From Trypanosoma brucei (taxonomy: Eukaryota): a stretch of 64,000 bases of DNA. Within the stretch, counting starts at the first letter, position 1. Each line of letters starts with the position of its first letter. A program made the position numbers and the translations under genes. The notes beneath the pieces were generated by a model that had not been told where the DNA came from, did not search any database, and saw only the letters and a list, made by a program, of their open reading frames with translations. Where the stretch lies: assembly GCA_000002445.1 (NCBI GenBank), contig CP000066.1, forward strand, positions 576,001-640,000, given 5' to 3'. Below, piece by piece: positions 50,648 through 60,393 of this stretch.

Positions 50648-53539
50648 ATGGATGCGAAACTTGTGTTCTGTGCGCACTCGCTCAAGTTACCAACGCTGAG
50701 CATTCCCCCAGCTCTGTCAGTAGATAATGAAACCATCAACTTCAGATGTCCGGAACCTCTTGCAGAAGCTGGTTTCCCCGTTCCAAACGCATCATTTACT
50801 GCTGACGTGATGATGGAGCAACCGCAATCCCGCTCCATTTACCAGCGGGTGTTCGCAACAGCTGCACGGGATTTCGAAGGGCGTAAAAATCTGGTAGTTT
50901 TCAGCTACGGCGTGCGTTCCACACCGAAACGGCAGCTTATGTTTGGTTCGGAATCGGGTAGCGGTTATGCTGCGAAGATCATTGGCGATGTTGTGGATGT
51001 TGGTGCCACCAAAGGCATCTTCGCCATCTCTGCGTATGGTGTTGGTTCCTCAGAGCATCTCACCGACTTCACTGATGAGAATAACGAAATGGGAGTAATT
51101 GTAGAATCGGTGAAGGAGGGCCCGCGTGTGCGTATGGTTGGGCGTGTTCGTGTAACGTCATCGGAGGATGTGCGTTCCGTTTTTAACACAGTTACGAAGA
51201 ACTATCAAAAACATTTCGAGTCAGTACTCCGCGAGAGGCAACCAACAGCTGAGCTTGAAGCCCTTCCGCCATATATGCCTGAGTCAATGATTCTTCAGCT
51301 CTACCGTTATGATGATGAGGAAGCATTCAGCGAGTATGTGGAAGCGAACTCCATGACGTTTGTTGCACTGGGAGACTCGGAACGGCCTGTTCTTTGTGGA
51401 ATTGAAGAAGAAACTCAGCAGGAGTATGAAAAGACACAGAAAGTCCTTGCGTCAGCAGTAGGAATTATCTCCAGTATTCGCTGTAATCGTCTGCGCATTC
51501 CATTCGGCAAGTCGAAATTAAGTCAGCTCCTTCGCCGTGCATACAATGCCGAGAAGGGCAACCCCAACAACGGCTACAATGAGCCAACATCAACCGTTTT
51601 TATTATTCATGCCTTTACAGACGCTGTTTGGGCAGAGGAGTCATACCACTGCCTTTTACTCTCGCGACGAGTTAGCAGCGTTGTTGGCACGAGCAGCATC
51701 GGTTCCATTACGCGCGACCTCAGTGTCGATAAGTGGCGTTTGGATCAAGATATTATGGAGTTGCGTGATGAGCTTCAAATTGCGCGCACAGTGTATGACT
51801 ACAGGCCCTGTATATATGACCAACCGAAGCCAGTTCAGAATATCAGAGAGGAGGAACAGAAACGCATTAGCGCCATTGTTTCAAAACGGGAGGAAGCCCG
51901 TGAAAGGCAGCTGAGTTTGGTCCGCGAGCAAGCCAAGCAGGATGCTGATAAAATCATTAAGGATCTCGAAGCTCGGACGGGGACGACGCTCTCGGCGCTG
52001 GAGGCCTCCCTCGAGGCGAAAATGAAGGAAAACTCGGCGCTTCATGCGGACAGGGAAAAACGAATTCATGAATATGAGCAAACCTTAGAAAAGATTCGCA
52101 AAAAGAAGCAGGAGGAGGAATCCGCGTGCGAGAAGCTACGTGAAGAGATGCTCCAGCTTGAACAGGAACTTAGTGTTCGGCAAAACGCAATTGAGAGCAA
52201 GCAGAAGAATTTGGAAATGATAAAGCTGGATAAGTCAAAGGGCCGTGACGCGGTTATGCGTGAGCGACAGTCCATACAAGCGATGCGCAAAACGGTGCTA
52301 GAGGAGAGGCGGCGTCAGCGCAAACAGTGGATTAACCAAATAAAAGAAATCAACGCTAAGGTTATTGATCAGGTCCGGATGCTGGCCGAGGAACGGAAGA
52401 AAAACGGTGAGCAGCCCACAGCAAATGAAGAGGCTGCTGAAAAGGCAATCATCGCGGATGTGCGAACTATCGAGGAATACTTGCCAAAACTCATTTCACT
52501 TGAGGACGTTCCCGTGAATTTGGAGGAGACGGAAGCCATTCGCCGACAATTTGCGGATGTGTTTGCGGAAGAGAAAAAGACATATCTTGCGCGGATCGAA
52601 GAGGAGAAGGCGCGGAGAGAAAAGCTGGAGCGTGGCCTCGAAGTATATCGTCAGCGCCTACTCGACACATATCAAGCTAAGAAAAAGGAGAAGGTGCATG
52701 ACGCCATAACAAAAGAGCAACACCTCAGCTCATTGGTGGATCAAGTCATTACGTACTTGCGCAACGGTGTCCGAATGAGCAAAATTTCAAGCAAAGGAAA
52801 TATTCGCCGGCGGTTCTACTTCCTCTCCGAAGATTACAAACGCATTCACTCCTGTGAGATTGATAACCAAGGCGCGCCAATCAGCCGGAAGAAACCACCC
52901 GTCACCATATGGCTGAAAGATATAAAGAAAGTGGTTATTGGCGTATACACATCTTCATTTACAAACTTTAGCAGTGAGGCTCAGTTGGCGAAGACGCGTC
53001 AGGAGGCCGTTTCTGACAGCGGAACTTACCGTCAAGACCCAACGCAAAACATCACCTCAGCCAACCTTGGTTTGCATAATTACAGATCCTTTGCACTTCT
53101 GCTTCGTGGAGGTAAATCTCTGGAAGTTGTTTGCGAAACGGACAGCGACTGCGAGGCTTGGCTTGTTGCGCTCAAGCGACTCCTTCAAATAAAATCTCCT
53201 ATTGAGCGAATTCTTGAGGAAAGGATGAACGGCAATACGACGAAAGAATCACCAAGTAACACACATGAAGGTGCTGTTGATATAAAATGGGGTGGTTCAC
53301 TTGATATACACAACATGCGCGGGTTTGTTTCCCTGTCGTCTGAAGAAGCCACGCTGTGTAGTGAAAACCACATCCCGCCCGCTTTGTTCCTTCGGATGAA
53401 GCAAGAAATGGCAGAAAAGGCGGAAAGGAATACCATCACGATTTATGATGTCCGTGTTTCTTCCGGTCTTGACTTATTCCGCTCAGGGAAGCTTTATGAT
53501 TTCTTATGCGAAAAGAGAGTCATACCGCTCCCGTACTGA
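50648..53539 (+). CDS. Kinesin-like protein with degenerate motor motifs, long coiled coil and C-terminal PH domain
   Basis: 963 aa with a kinesin-fold N-terminus. FTADVMMEQPQSRSIYQRVF...NLVVFSYGVRSTPKRQLMFG sits where F.FD.VF...Q..VY...N..IFAYGQTGSGKT.TM.G is expected. MTFVALGDSERP corresponds to LVDLAGSER, and IPFGKSKLSQLLRRAY to IPYRDSKLT.LLQDSL. Residues ~400-700 are an E/K/R/Q-rich coiled coil. The PH-like region is KGNIRRRFYFLSEDYKRIHSCE...LEVVCETDSDCEAWLVALKRLLQ. Confidence 0.78.
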   Translation: MDAKLVFCAHSLKLPTLSIPPALSVDNETINFRCPEPLAEAGFPVPNASFTADVMMEQPQSRSIYQRVFATAARDFEGRKNLVVFSYGVRSTPKRQLMFGSESGSGYAAKIIGDVVDVGATKGIFAISAYGVGSSEHLTDFTDENNEMGVIVESVKEGPRVRMVGRVRVTSSEDVRSVFNTVTKNYQKHFESVLRERQPTAELEALPPYMPESMILQLYRYDDEEAFSEYVEANSMTFVALGDSERPVLCGIEEETQQEYEKTQKVLASAVGIISSIRCNRLRIPFGKSKLSQLLRRAYNAEKGNPNNGYNEPTSTVFIIHAFTDAVWAEESYHCLLLSRRVSSVVGTSSIGSITRDLSVDKWRLDQDIMELRDELQIARTVYDYRPCIYDQPKPVQNIREEEQKRISAIVSKREEARERQLSLVREQAKQDADKIIKDLEARTGTTLSALEASLEAKMKENSALHADREKRIHEYEQTLEKIRKKKQEEESACEKLREEMLQLEQELSVRQNAIESKQKNLEMIKLDKSKGRDAVMRERQSIQAMRKTVLEERRRQRKQWINQIKEINAKVIDQVRMLAEERKKNGEQPTANEEAAEKAIIADVRTIEEYLPKLISLEDVPVNLEETEAIRRQFADVFAEEKKTYLARIEEEKARREKLERGLEVYRQRLLDTYQAKKKEKVHDAITKEQHLSSLVDQVITYLRNGVRMSKISSKGNIRRRFYFLSEDYKRIHSCEIDNQGAPISRKKPPVTIWLKDIKKVVIGVYTSSFTNFSSEAQLAKTRQEAVSDSGTYRQDPTQNITSANLGLHNYRSFALLLRGGKSLEVVCETDSDCEAWLVALKRLLQIKSPIERILEERMNGNTTKESPSNTHEGAVDIKWGGSLDIHNMRGFVSLSSEEATLCSENHIPPALFLRMKQEMAEKAERNTITIYDVRVSSGLDLFRSGKLYDFLCEKRVIPLPY

Positions 53540-55197
53540 GCGGTGAAGGAAATATGAGAGTGTTATCAGGAGCCAACAGAATTTGTTTCTGAACTTTACC
53601 TTCCCTTCCTCTTTATTATTTCCCCTTATTTCAGTGATGATTCTGCTGCCGTCGCATTGTCCCACCCGCTACGTTCAATTATTTAGTAAATAGTTGGGAA
53701 GGGTGTCCACGTTTTTTTTTCAAGTTCTTTTTTTTTTTTTGGAACTTCCGGTCATATCCGAAATGGGCAGGGAGGTAGAAAGAGGAGGAAAGAGCAATAT
53801 AAACTTGGTTCCAGTCTGCGTTGCGTGAAATCCCCACGTTTCGAAACTGAAATAATATGTTCGAATGTTATGCTTAATAGTAACAATCACAATAATAATA
53901 ATAATACGTCTCACATCATCTTTCTTTCTTTCTTTATATTTAAATTTTTATTTGACAAAGAAAAAAGGATTATGGGTTTATAGTTAGGAAAAAATGACTA
54001 TATTTCCCCAATAACTGAGTTAAGGCGCATACCGCAGCAACATGCGAAACCCAAGTTTCAGTACCACTCAAATATACATTCATTAGTTAAAAATTTTTTT
54101 GCTTGCGGAATGAAGCTCGTTAGCTCACGCAAAAGGTGATGAAGTGGAACCGGCAATTTTTACAAAAAAAAAGCGTTATTGCTTTAATGACACAAGGGTG
54201 GGTATTCTTCGTAAAAACATAACGGCGTGATATGGGGTCAAATATGCGGACAGCCGCATATTTTAATTTTCGCACATGAAAAAAGCTCACCCGCAGCCAC
54301 ATCTCACTAGGGAAAGTTAGGAAGGGTAAAGTGCTCCCGCAAACGATGTGACGGAAGGATCAGAAATGATGCATTTGAAGATGGGGGCTGCCGGATTTTA
54401 TTATTTTGGGCCGGGGGAATACTCTTGCAAATGTGTGGAACGGGGGAAAAGGCAACACGAGGGGAGGGTTTTTTTTTAAAAAAAAGTGTCCGGGGAACAG
54501 GAATTTAATACGCTGTGCGGAGCATGGTGAAATTGGCAGAGGATGGTTTCATGGGAAGGACAGAGGTAGAATTCGGGCAAAACTGCTTGGAAGAAACTAA
54601 GCGAGGGTGCAATTTGTTAGAAATATCTAAATAAAGCGAACGTGGCGGATTGGGGGAAAGGGCGAGAGGAAACGCAAGAAACGCGAGCGCTTCTGTCAAA
54701 TACGGAAATACAGGAAATTGGAAGCAGGGCCAAGTTATCCGGTCAGATGCATAAAGACGCAACTCCCTCGTAATAATCCTCTGGAGAATACCATTAGGAA
54801 GTTTTATTTTAAAAAAAAAAAACTTTCGAAGTTCAACGCAAGATTCTTCGGAAGTACCGCAAAACTAAAACCGTGCCTACACTCGCTCCAGTCGACAAGA
54901 CGCTTTTAGCTAGTTTCTCAGTTGAGGTTGCACCTTTTGCTCCCAAGCATACTTGTTGTTTTGCTTTATCTGAAGAGATATAAAAAAAATACCACGCATC
55001 CGCAAAATGCGTCTGAACCAAACCGATCTTTTATGTATCGTATCAACTAGCCGATGAGGTGCGTGAGGAAACTTCCTTCATAGAATTGCTAAAACAACAG
55101 GTGTGTGGGGAGGAAGAAAGTGTTGTATAACAGTTTTGCATCGTTAAGACTCCGTGGGCACGTACCTGAACCAAACGTTAGGATTTAAGGGGTGTGC
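53540..55197. terminator. Convergent strand-switch region (candidate RNA pol II transcription termination zone)
   Basis: The plus-strand array ends at 53539 and the minus-strand array ends at 55198. There is no credible CDS or tRNA between them. In trypanosomes such regions are the known termination sites, marked by base J, H3.V and H4.V. Confidence 0.75.
54153..54386 (+). repeat. Inverted-repeat arm A (about 234 bp)
   Basis: It is the reverse complement of 63159-63390. Hand alignment gives about 13 substitutions and 4 indel positions, e.g. the shared blocks ttattgctttaatg, cacaagggtgggtattcttcgtaaaaacataacggcgtgatatggggtcaaatatgcgga and ccacatctcactagggaaagttaggaagggtaaagtgctcccgcaaac. Confidence 0.9.
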
Positions 55198-56385
55198 TTA
55201 AAAAACTAGAAAAAATAACTTAAGTGGTTCTGGGAGGCGGTTTACACCGCTGGAGGTGAATAATCTTCGTATGGAAGTCACGCATTCGCTCCCATTCCAT
55301 TCGCACCGCGGCTTCTGTTCCAGGCAAGTTACCTTGCTTTCGAAACCAGAGCATCCTCTTTTAGAGGACGTAGTCGGTTTTTTCCCCTCCAGTCCATTAT
55401 CAGTATTATTGGATTCGTCCTTTTCTTTTTCGCTTGAATTGTTTGGGACAGGTCGTGCCCCCCTCTTCAATTCGTTTACTTGGTTTTGAATCTTCACGAG
55501 GTACTCCTCGGCTTGGATCAGTTCTTCCATTCTGGTTGCAGCTTCTCGCAACTTTAGATACCACGAAATTGTTGGCGTGCTTTCATTGACGTGTCTTGGG
55601 AGATATATTACGCATCGGCCATGGCCAACCTCGGTGCTTCCGTCGCAGCCGTTGTGTAAGTCGGCGCCGCGCGCGCCCAGTAAGTTTCGTGAATCCGATG
55701 AAGAGTCCGGTATTTCCTGGAGTTCGCCAAGGAAGAAAGCGACCGCCTCTGAGAGCGCTTGAAGCGGCCGAGTTTTCTCTCTCCTCACGTTGCTGCACTT
55801 GGGATGGAGCAAATTCCAGTGATCAGGAGAATTTCTCTGGGGTACCCATGATCCTACATAAGTGGTGTTGCATCCATCACAGCAAACCGCGCTGCCGCCT
55901 TTGCCTTCGCTGGATGCTGCACAGATGCACAGTAAATCAAGCGCCAGCGCATCACCCGCTTTATTTCCGGGCTGGCCGCCAGCTCTTCCACATAACTCCG
56001 ACCTCCCACCCCGCGTGCGCCCGACCACCACCTGTTTATGACCGTTGCCGTACAGCGCTTCTGTTAAATTTTTTCTGATAGCTGATAAGGCCCGGCCGTT
56101 CCATAAATCACCGTTCTCTTCCTTATATGTTTTCGCTTTTAGTTTAAGTTCCTCAAGTTTTTTAACATTTTCTTCGGGCGCTTCGGCCTCTCCCTGAATT
56201 TCGTCTTCTGTTTCCTTAACCTTGCGCTCCAGATCCTCCGGTGTTTGTGTATCCAGCGCAAGATTTACAAAACCACACAGCGCTTCGAATTCCTTTCCAT
56301 TCACAATGTTGTTTTCATGCGCCTTTGAATTGACGCAGATATGTTGCAGCGTTACCACCGCAACAAACACGATGTAACTCCTCAT
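55198..56385 (-). CDS. VSG-related (b-type N-domain-like) surface protein with signal peptide and hydrophobic C-terminal tail
   Basis: The ORF-track start at 56553 is TTG. The likely start is the ATG at 56385, giving the signal peptide MRSYIVFVAVVTLQHICVNS (395 aa). Motifs are KEFEALCGFVNL and GDALALDLLCICAASS, with many Cys residues. The C-terminus SSGVNRLPEPLKLFFLVF is GPI-signal-like. Confidence 0.78.
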   Translation of the reverse strand: MRSYIVFVAVVTLQHICVNSKAHENNIVNGKEFEALCGFVNLALDTQTPEDLERKVKETEDEIQGEAEAPEENVKKLEELKLKAKTYKEENGDLWNGRALSAIRKNLTEALYGNGHKQVVVGRTRGGRSELCGRAGGQPGNKAGDALALDLLCICAASSEGKGGSAVCCDGCNTTYVGSWVPQRNSPDHWNLLHPKCSNVRREKTRPLQALSEAVAFFLGELQEIPDSSSDSRNLLGARGADLHNGCDGSTEVGHGRCVIYLPRHVNESTPTISWYLKLREAATRMEELIQAEEYLVKIQNQVNELKRGARPVPNNSSEKEKDESNNTDNGLEGKKPTTSSKRGCSGFESKVTCLEQKPRCEWNGSECVTSIRRLFTSSGVNRLPEPLKLFFLVF

Positions 56386-56831
56386 CCCCAACAATTTCGT
56401 ATATGCCTTTTTGTTCACAATGATGTCACCTGTCTCCCCAGAAAATTCGAAAGATGACGTACCAAACTTAGCGAAAAATACACACATACCGCGTAGGTGA
56501 GGATCATGACGAATAAAAAGCTCTCTCGGCTTCTCTCCCCAGCACACACACAAAAAATTGTTACATAACGTTTCAGCTCCCTTGAGAAGTCATAGCATCA
56601 CAAGAGAGCTCCACATGGAAGCCACCGCTGCTATCTCGATAGCAGCATCAAAAAGCCAGACACAAATTCCAAAAAAAGAAGGTGATACCACCTTAATTAT
56701 TCATCCAAAGAAAAACGAATTCATATGCGATTGTTAATAAACCCACATATTGTTAAAATGAAACACACGTACACATAAAAGCAAAATATAAAAAAGATAC
56801 TGCACGACAATGTTGGTAGCGTACCAGTAAA

Positions 56832-58202
56832 CTAAGACATACAAAAAAGGGATAGAATCATTAATGTAAAAATATCAGTTGTTATATCTATATAGTTGAA
56901 TCCATTATTATTTACTTCAGCATTGCCACCTTCACCATCATCCTGACCTCGGTTACTTCGCCATAGCTCAGCATCACCACCTAGCTTCACCTCAAGAAAT
57001 ATTTCCTCTGCCTCATGTTGGTATTCTTCCAATTCGTGAAGATGACTGTCAGACTCTTTGGCATACTTTGCCATTTCTTGTAGTTGCTCGGTGGCGTTAG
57101 TAAGATGGTTGTACCAAGGGATCCCACCATTTTCAAGTGTGTAGTTGTAGCTGACACATGTGAATCCAGCAGTATGACCCGTGCAGGTGCGATTCTCGTT
57201 GTTTAATGTTTTCACATAACCAAGAATACCCTTCACCTGATACTTATCCTGTTCCATTTCCACTAACGCATCGAACTGAGCTAGCGCACTCTTTAAGGTT
57301 TTCACATTAGATGCAATATTCTTGTACACGCAAGCTTTACTAATCACATCCCATGCCTCAGTATGGTTGTATTTTATATTTTCAGGCTTGCAGGTATTAT
57401 AGTTGCTCGGACAATACTCAGCCATCATAGTCCAACTACCATTTTTAGGTCTCCTTATTGCATCCTTACAAGGACAGTCATATCCACTGTATATGTTTTC
57501 ACTACTTGAGCCAGTATCCATTTGGTATACGCGTGTCTGTCGCTCTTCCTTCTTTTTTTCTATAGCCTCTCCCACACATAGGCAAAAGAAGTCATTAATT
57601 AGTGTCTTTCCAACTAGCTTGTCTCCGTAAGAACCACAGCTTGCGTCCGCATTGTAGACACTATTGAACAACAGTGATTTGTTTCCCCTCATGGCTTCCT
57701 CCAGAGTTTTATTCTCATTTCTTGCCACATCCACAGCGTCGCCATACACAGCCCTCAGCATATTTTCTTCAGCAGAGCGACTTGCATTCAAGGCTTTTGT
57801 CCTATTCACCTCTATCTGCTCCTTAAGCTTTTTCGCCTTCTCAAATAGTTTCTTCATCTCCTGATATGCTGTCGTGCTGTTAGATGAATTGTTCGAGCCC
57901 TTATTGCCACCAGCAGCTTCTGCCTCACTGACCATTTCCTCCAAATTCTTCAGAATCTCTCCTTCCTTCTCACGATTCTTAAAGGAGGGTTGCGGGGCCT
58001 CTGCTTGCGTGATTCGGTAAATCTTGCACAGTGTTTCGAACTCACCAACGTTGTGATGTTTTTCATCTGCATCGACGGTCTCCATAATCCTATCCCAGTC
58101 AAGCATATCAGTTCTCCATCGATATTCTGCCATATCACCCTGAGAGGAAGGAGATAAAACAACCACAAGCATCCCAACGGCAAACACTGTTTCGTGTCTC
58201 AT
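56832..58202 (-). CDS. VSG-related (b-type N-domain-like) surface protein with signal peptide and hydrophobic C-terminal tail
   Basis: The ORF-track start at 58289 is TTG. The likely start is the ATG at 58202, giving MRHETVFAVGMLVVVLSPSSQG (456 aa). Motifs are GEFETLCKIYRI and GKTLINDFFCLCVGEA. The C-terminus DITTDIFTLMILSLFCMS is GPI-signal-like. Confidence 0.78.
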   Translation of the reverse strand: MRHETVFAVGMLVVVLSPSSQGDMAEYRWRTDMLDWDRIMETVDADEKHHNVGEFETLCKIYRITQAEAPQPSFKNREKEGEILKNLEEMVSEAEAAGGNKGSNNSSNSTTAYQEMKKLFEKAKKLKEQIEVNRTKALNASRSAEENMLRAVYGDAVDVARNENKTLEEAMRGNKSLLFNSVYNADASCGSYGDKLVGKTLINDFFCLCVGEAIEKKKEERQTRVYQMDTGSSSENIYSGYDCPCKDAIRRPKNGSWTMMAEYCPSNYNTCKPENIKYNHTEAWDVISKACVYKNIASNVKTLKSALAQFDALVEMEQDKYQVKGILGYVKTLNNENRTCTGHTAGFTCVSYNYTLENGGIPWYNHLTNATEQLQEMAKYAKESDSHLHELEEYQHEAEEIFLEVKLGGDAELWRSNRGQDDGEGGNAEVNNNGFNYIDITTDIFTLMILSLFCMS

Positions 58203-58440
58203 CGTGATTTTGCCTCTACAATCATCAGTCAAAAGGAGGGAAAAAAATCTTATTATCACGTTCATTACTGTTATTGACAAACACAACAAACATGGAGATA
58301 CATCAATGTATCGAAGTTAACAAGTGCCCGACACAAGTCAACCGAAACAGTATCCAACAAAACAGGAAGCACATCCCAATACATACAGTTAGATGAGTGT
58401 ATTCTTTCAAGCTGGACATCAACGTTAGACTTCCTCACAA

Positions 58441-58660
58441 CTGCGGTATTCTCCTTTTCGTTACACCATTTCTCCTAATTTCCTCCCCAAAAAATCTGCT
58501 TTATTTGATACCATGCCAGTATATCCAATTTTCCAACTGAGTTCCTCTTGCACTCCCTTGATTTCCTCAATAATAAGCTGATCCATTCTCTTAATGAAGA
58601 CTTGCACCTTTATGCCATGTTTTTTTCCACATCCTTCATTGGATCTGTTAGTTTAAGTTG
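58441..58660 (-). pseudogene. Possible relic of the 3' part of a VSG-related gene
   Basis: Own minus-strand translation gives TDPMKDVEKNMA*, then in another frame KVQVFIKRMDQLIIEEIKGVQEELSWKIGYTGMVSNKADFLGRKLGEMV*. The RMDQLIIEEIKGVQEEL stretch resembles RMEELIQAEEYLVKIQNQVNEL of the 55198 gene. It is short, frame-broken and weakly similar. Confidence 0.25.
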
Positions 58661-59418
58661 CCATTTTATGGTCTTATTTGCTAATAGATTACGTGCTTAA
58701 TTCGCACGTGTTACCTTTATCCAATGCACACAACTCTGCTGCTGAACTCCACTCAGCATATCCTCCTCCACTCATACGCATACTCACAAAACTTTTTGTT
58801 TACCTATTCTTGACCATGCACAGTTTCCTGCCTTCCATTTTCTTAAGCCATACACTAGAAAAGATAAAAGTTGTATTTTCAAAACACCATCTCGGATACT
58901 TATGCTCACTATTGAGGCCCTTGATTATATGGTGACATGATGGAATATTATGGTATTTTCCAACACAAAAAAGTCCCAGAATAATTAGTGACCTTCCCTG
59001 TCAGCACCCTCATTTAGATCGTTCACCTCATTAACCAGCCACCATCCTTATAGATACGCTGGTAGAAAAAAACGGAAGTTATGCACGTTATCGCCCATCC
59101 CCTCAACGAATTCTATCCACCCTTACCCCACACAGGTTTTTTGCATAAGAAACGACAAACAAGAAACAAAACTACTCTTGTGAGCACAAAACCAAATATT
59201 TCTTCCTTACTTCACATGCAGAAAGAATTAACACACCCCACTACCCTACAACACAAATGGTGGAGGGACAGCCATAGTCACTACCACTCACAATTAAGAT
59301 AACCCAGACAGGGAAACTCCAGATAAAGAAATGCCCAGTTACGAGAAAGATCCTAGCGCGCACACGTAAAGATATTTCATTTATTATGGAACAGGGAGAA
59401 TATTAATGAAAGTACTTT

Positions 59419-60393
59419 TCAGATGGTAAAATTAGTACTCTTCATATTATCAATGTTATTCGTGCTGAACTGCAGCGAAGTGAAATTCCTATGGATATCG
59501 TTGAAGTAGCTCTGCAGTAAAGTGATATTGGCCATCATATCCAGGAGTTCAGGAGGTGCTTTGCCAGAAGTAAAAGGTTCGATAAGAGGGTCAAATATCT
59601 CCTCCACGTAAATTTGGAGCTGAAAAAAAGCGGGGCCGTTCTCACGCCAGTTTATTAAGCCAGTTGAATTCTTCACCGCACCACCCTTATATAAGTTGTC
59701 ACGCGGTAAGTTCAAGCATTTGCTCACAGATCCAGATCCAGTTAAAACATCAATTTGAAGGCAACCTCCCCTGTATTTTTGGAGAGTGATCTCGTTCACA
59801 CCGGTTAATAAAGGACATGTCTGATCAACACATACGACTGGGAACCCCCTGACACCTTTCAGCGCTCCTTTCTTGCACTCGGGTCCTTCATCATTGCTCA
59901 CGGCTTTAACGTCATCCCACACAGTTCTTGCGATCTCAGCAATAGCTGTGTAATATTTATTTGATGTTATGAGGGCACCAGGTATTGCATTCCTCACTGC
60001 CCTCACGCTTTCATTAACCTCAGCAAATAATCCACCTGCCTTAGCAACAAGATCTCCCATTGCATTTCCATAAGATATAAGGTTTTCCAATTTATCATTT
60101 TCCTCTACCATTACACTGCTAATAACACTCAAATATATAACACTTTCGCCTGTTTTCCCTTCCATGTCATCCAGCATACGAGACGCATTTGCGTATACCT
60201 CCTCATTCAAAAAAAGCTTCCTCTCGCCATCTGTATATAGTTTGTTTAAGGCATCTGAAAGACATTTGAGGTAACATACGGATTGGTTTAAGTTTGTGCC
60301 CTTGTCATCATCTATTGATGTGCAATAACTTTCTTCTGCCACTCCAAAGGTCACAAAAAAAAAAACAACCAATCCTACAATCTTAATTTTCAT
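59419..60393 (-). CDS. Secreted/surface-family protein, divergent from its three neighbours, no C-terminal hydrophobic tail
   Basis: Within the 421-aa ORF the likely start is the ATG at 60393, giving the signal peptide MKIKIVGLVVFFFVTFGVAEES (324 aa). The helical N-terminal half is CYLKCLSDALNKLYTDGERKLF...AMGDLVAKAGGLFAEVNESVRAVRNAIPGAL and the middle is Cys-containing. It ends polar (NNIDNMKSTNFTI). It lacks the LC.C motif of the neighbouring genes. Confidence 0.62.
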   Translation of the reverse strand: MKIKIVGLVVFFFVTFGVAEESYCTSIDDDKGTNLNQSVCYLKCLSDALNKLYTDGERKLFLNEEVYANASRMLDDMEGKTGESVIYLSVISSVMVEENDKLENLISYGNAMGDLVAKAGGLFAEVNESVRAVRNAIPGALITSNKYYTAIAEIARTVWDDVKAVSNDEGPECKKGALKGVRGFPVVCVDQTCPLLTGVNEITLQKYRGGCLQIDVLTGSGSVSKCLNLPRDNLYKGGAVKNSTGLINWRENGPAFFQLQIYVEEIFDPLIEPFTSGKAPPELLDMMANITLLQSYFNDIHRNFTSLQFSTNNIDNMKSTNFTI

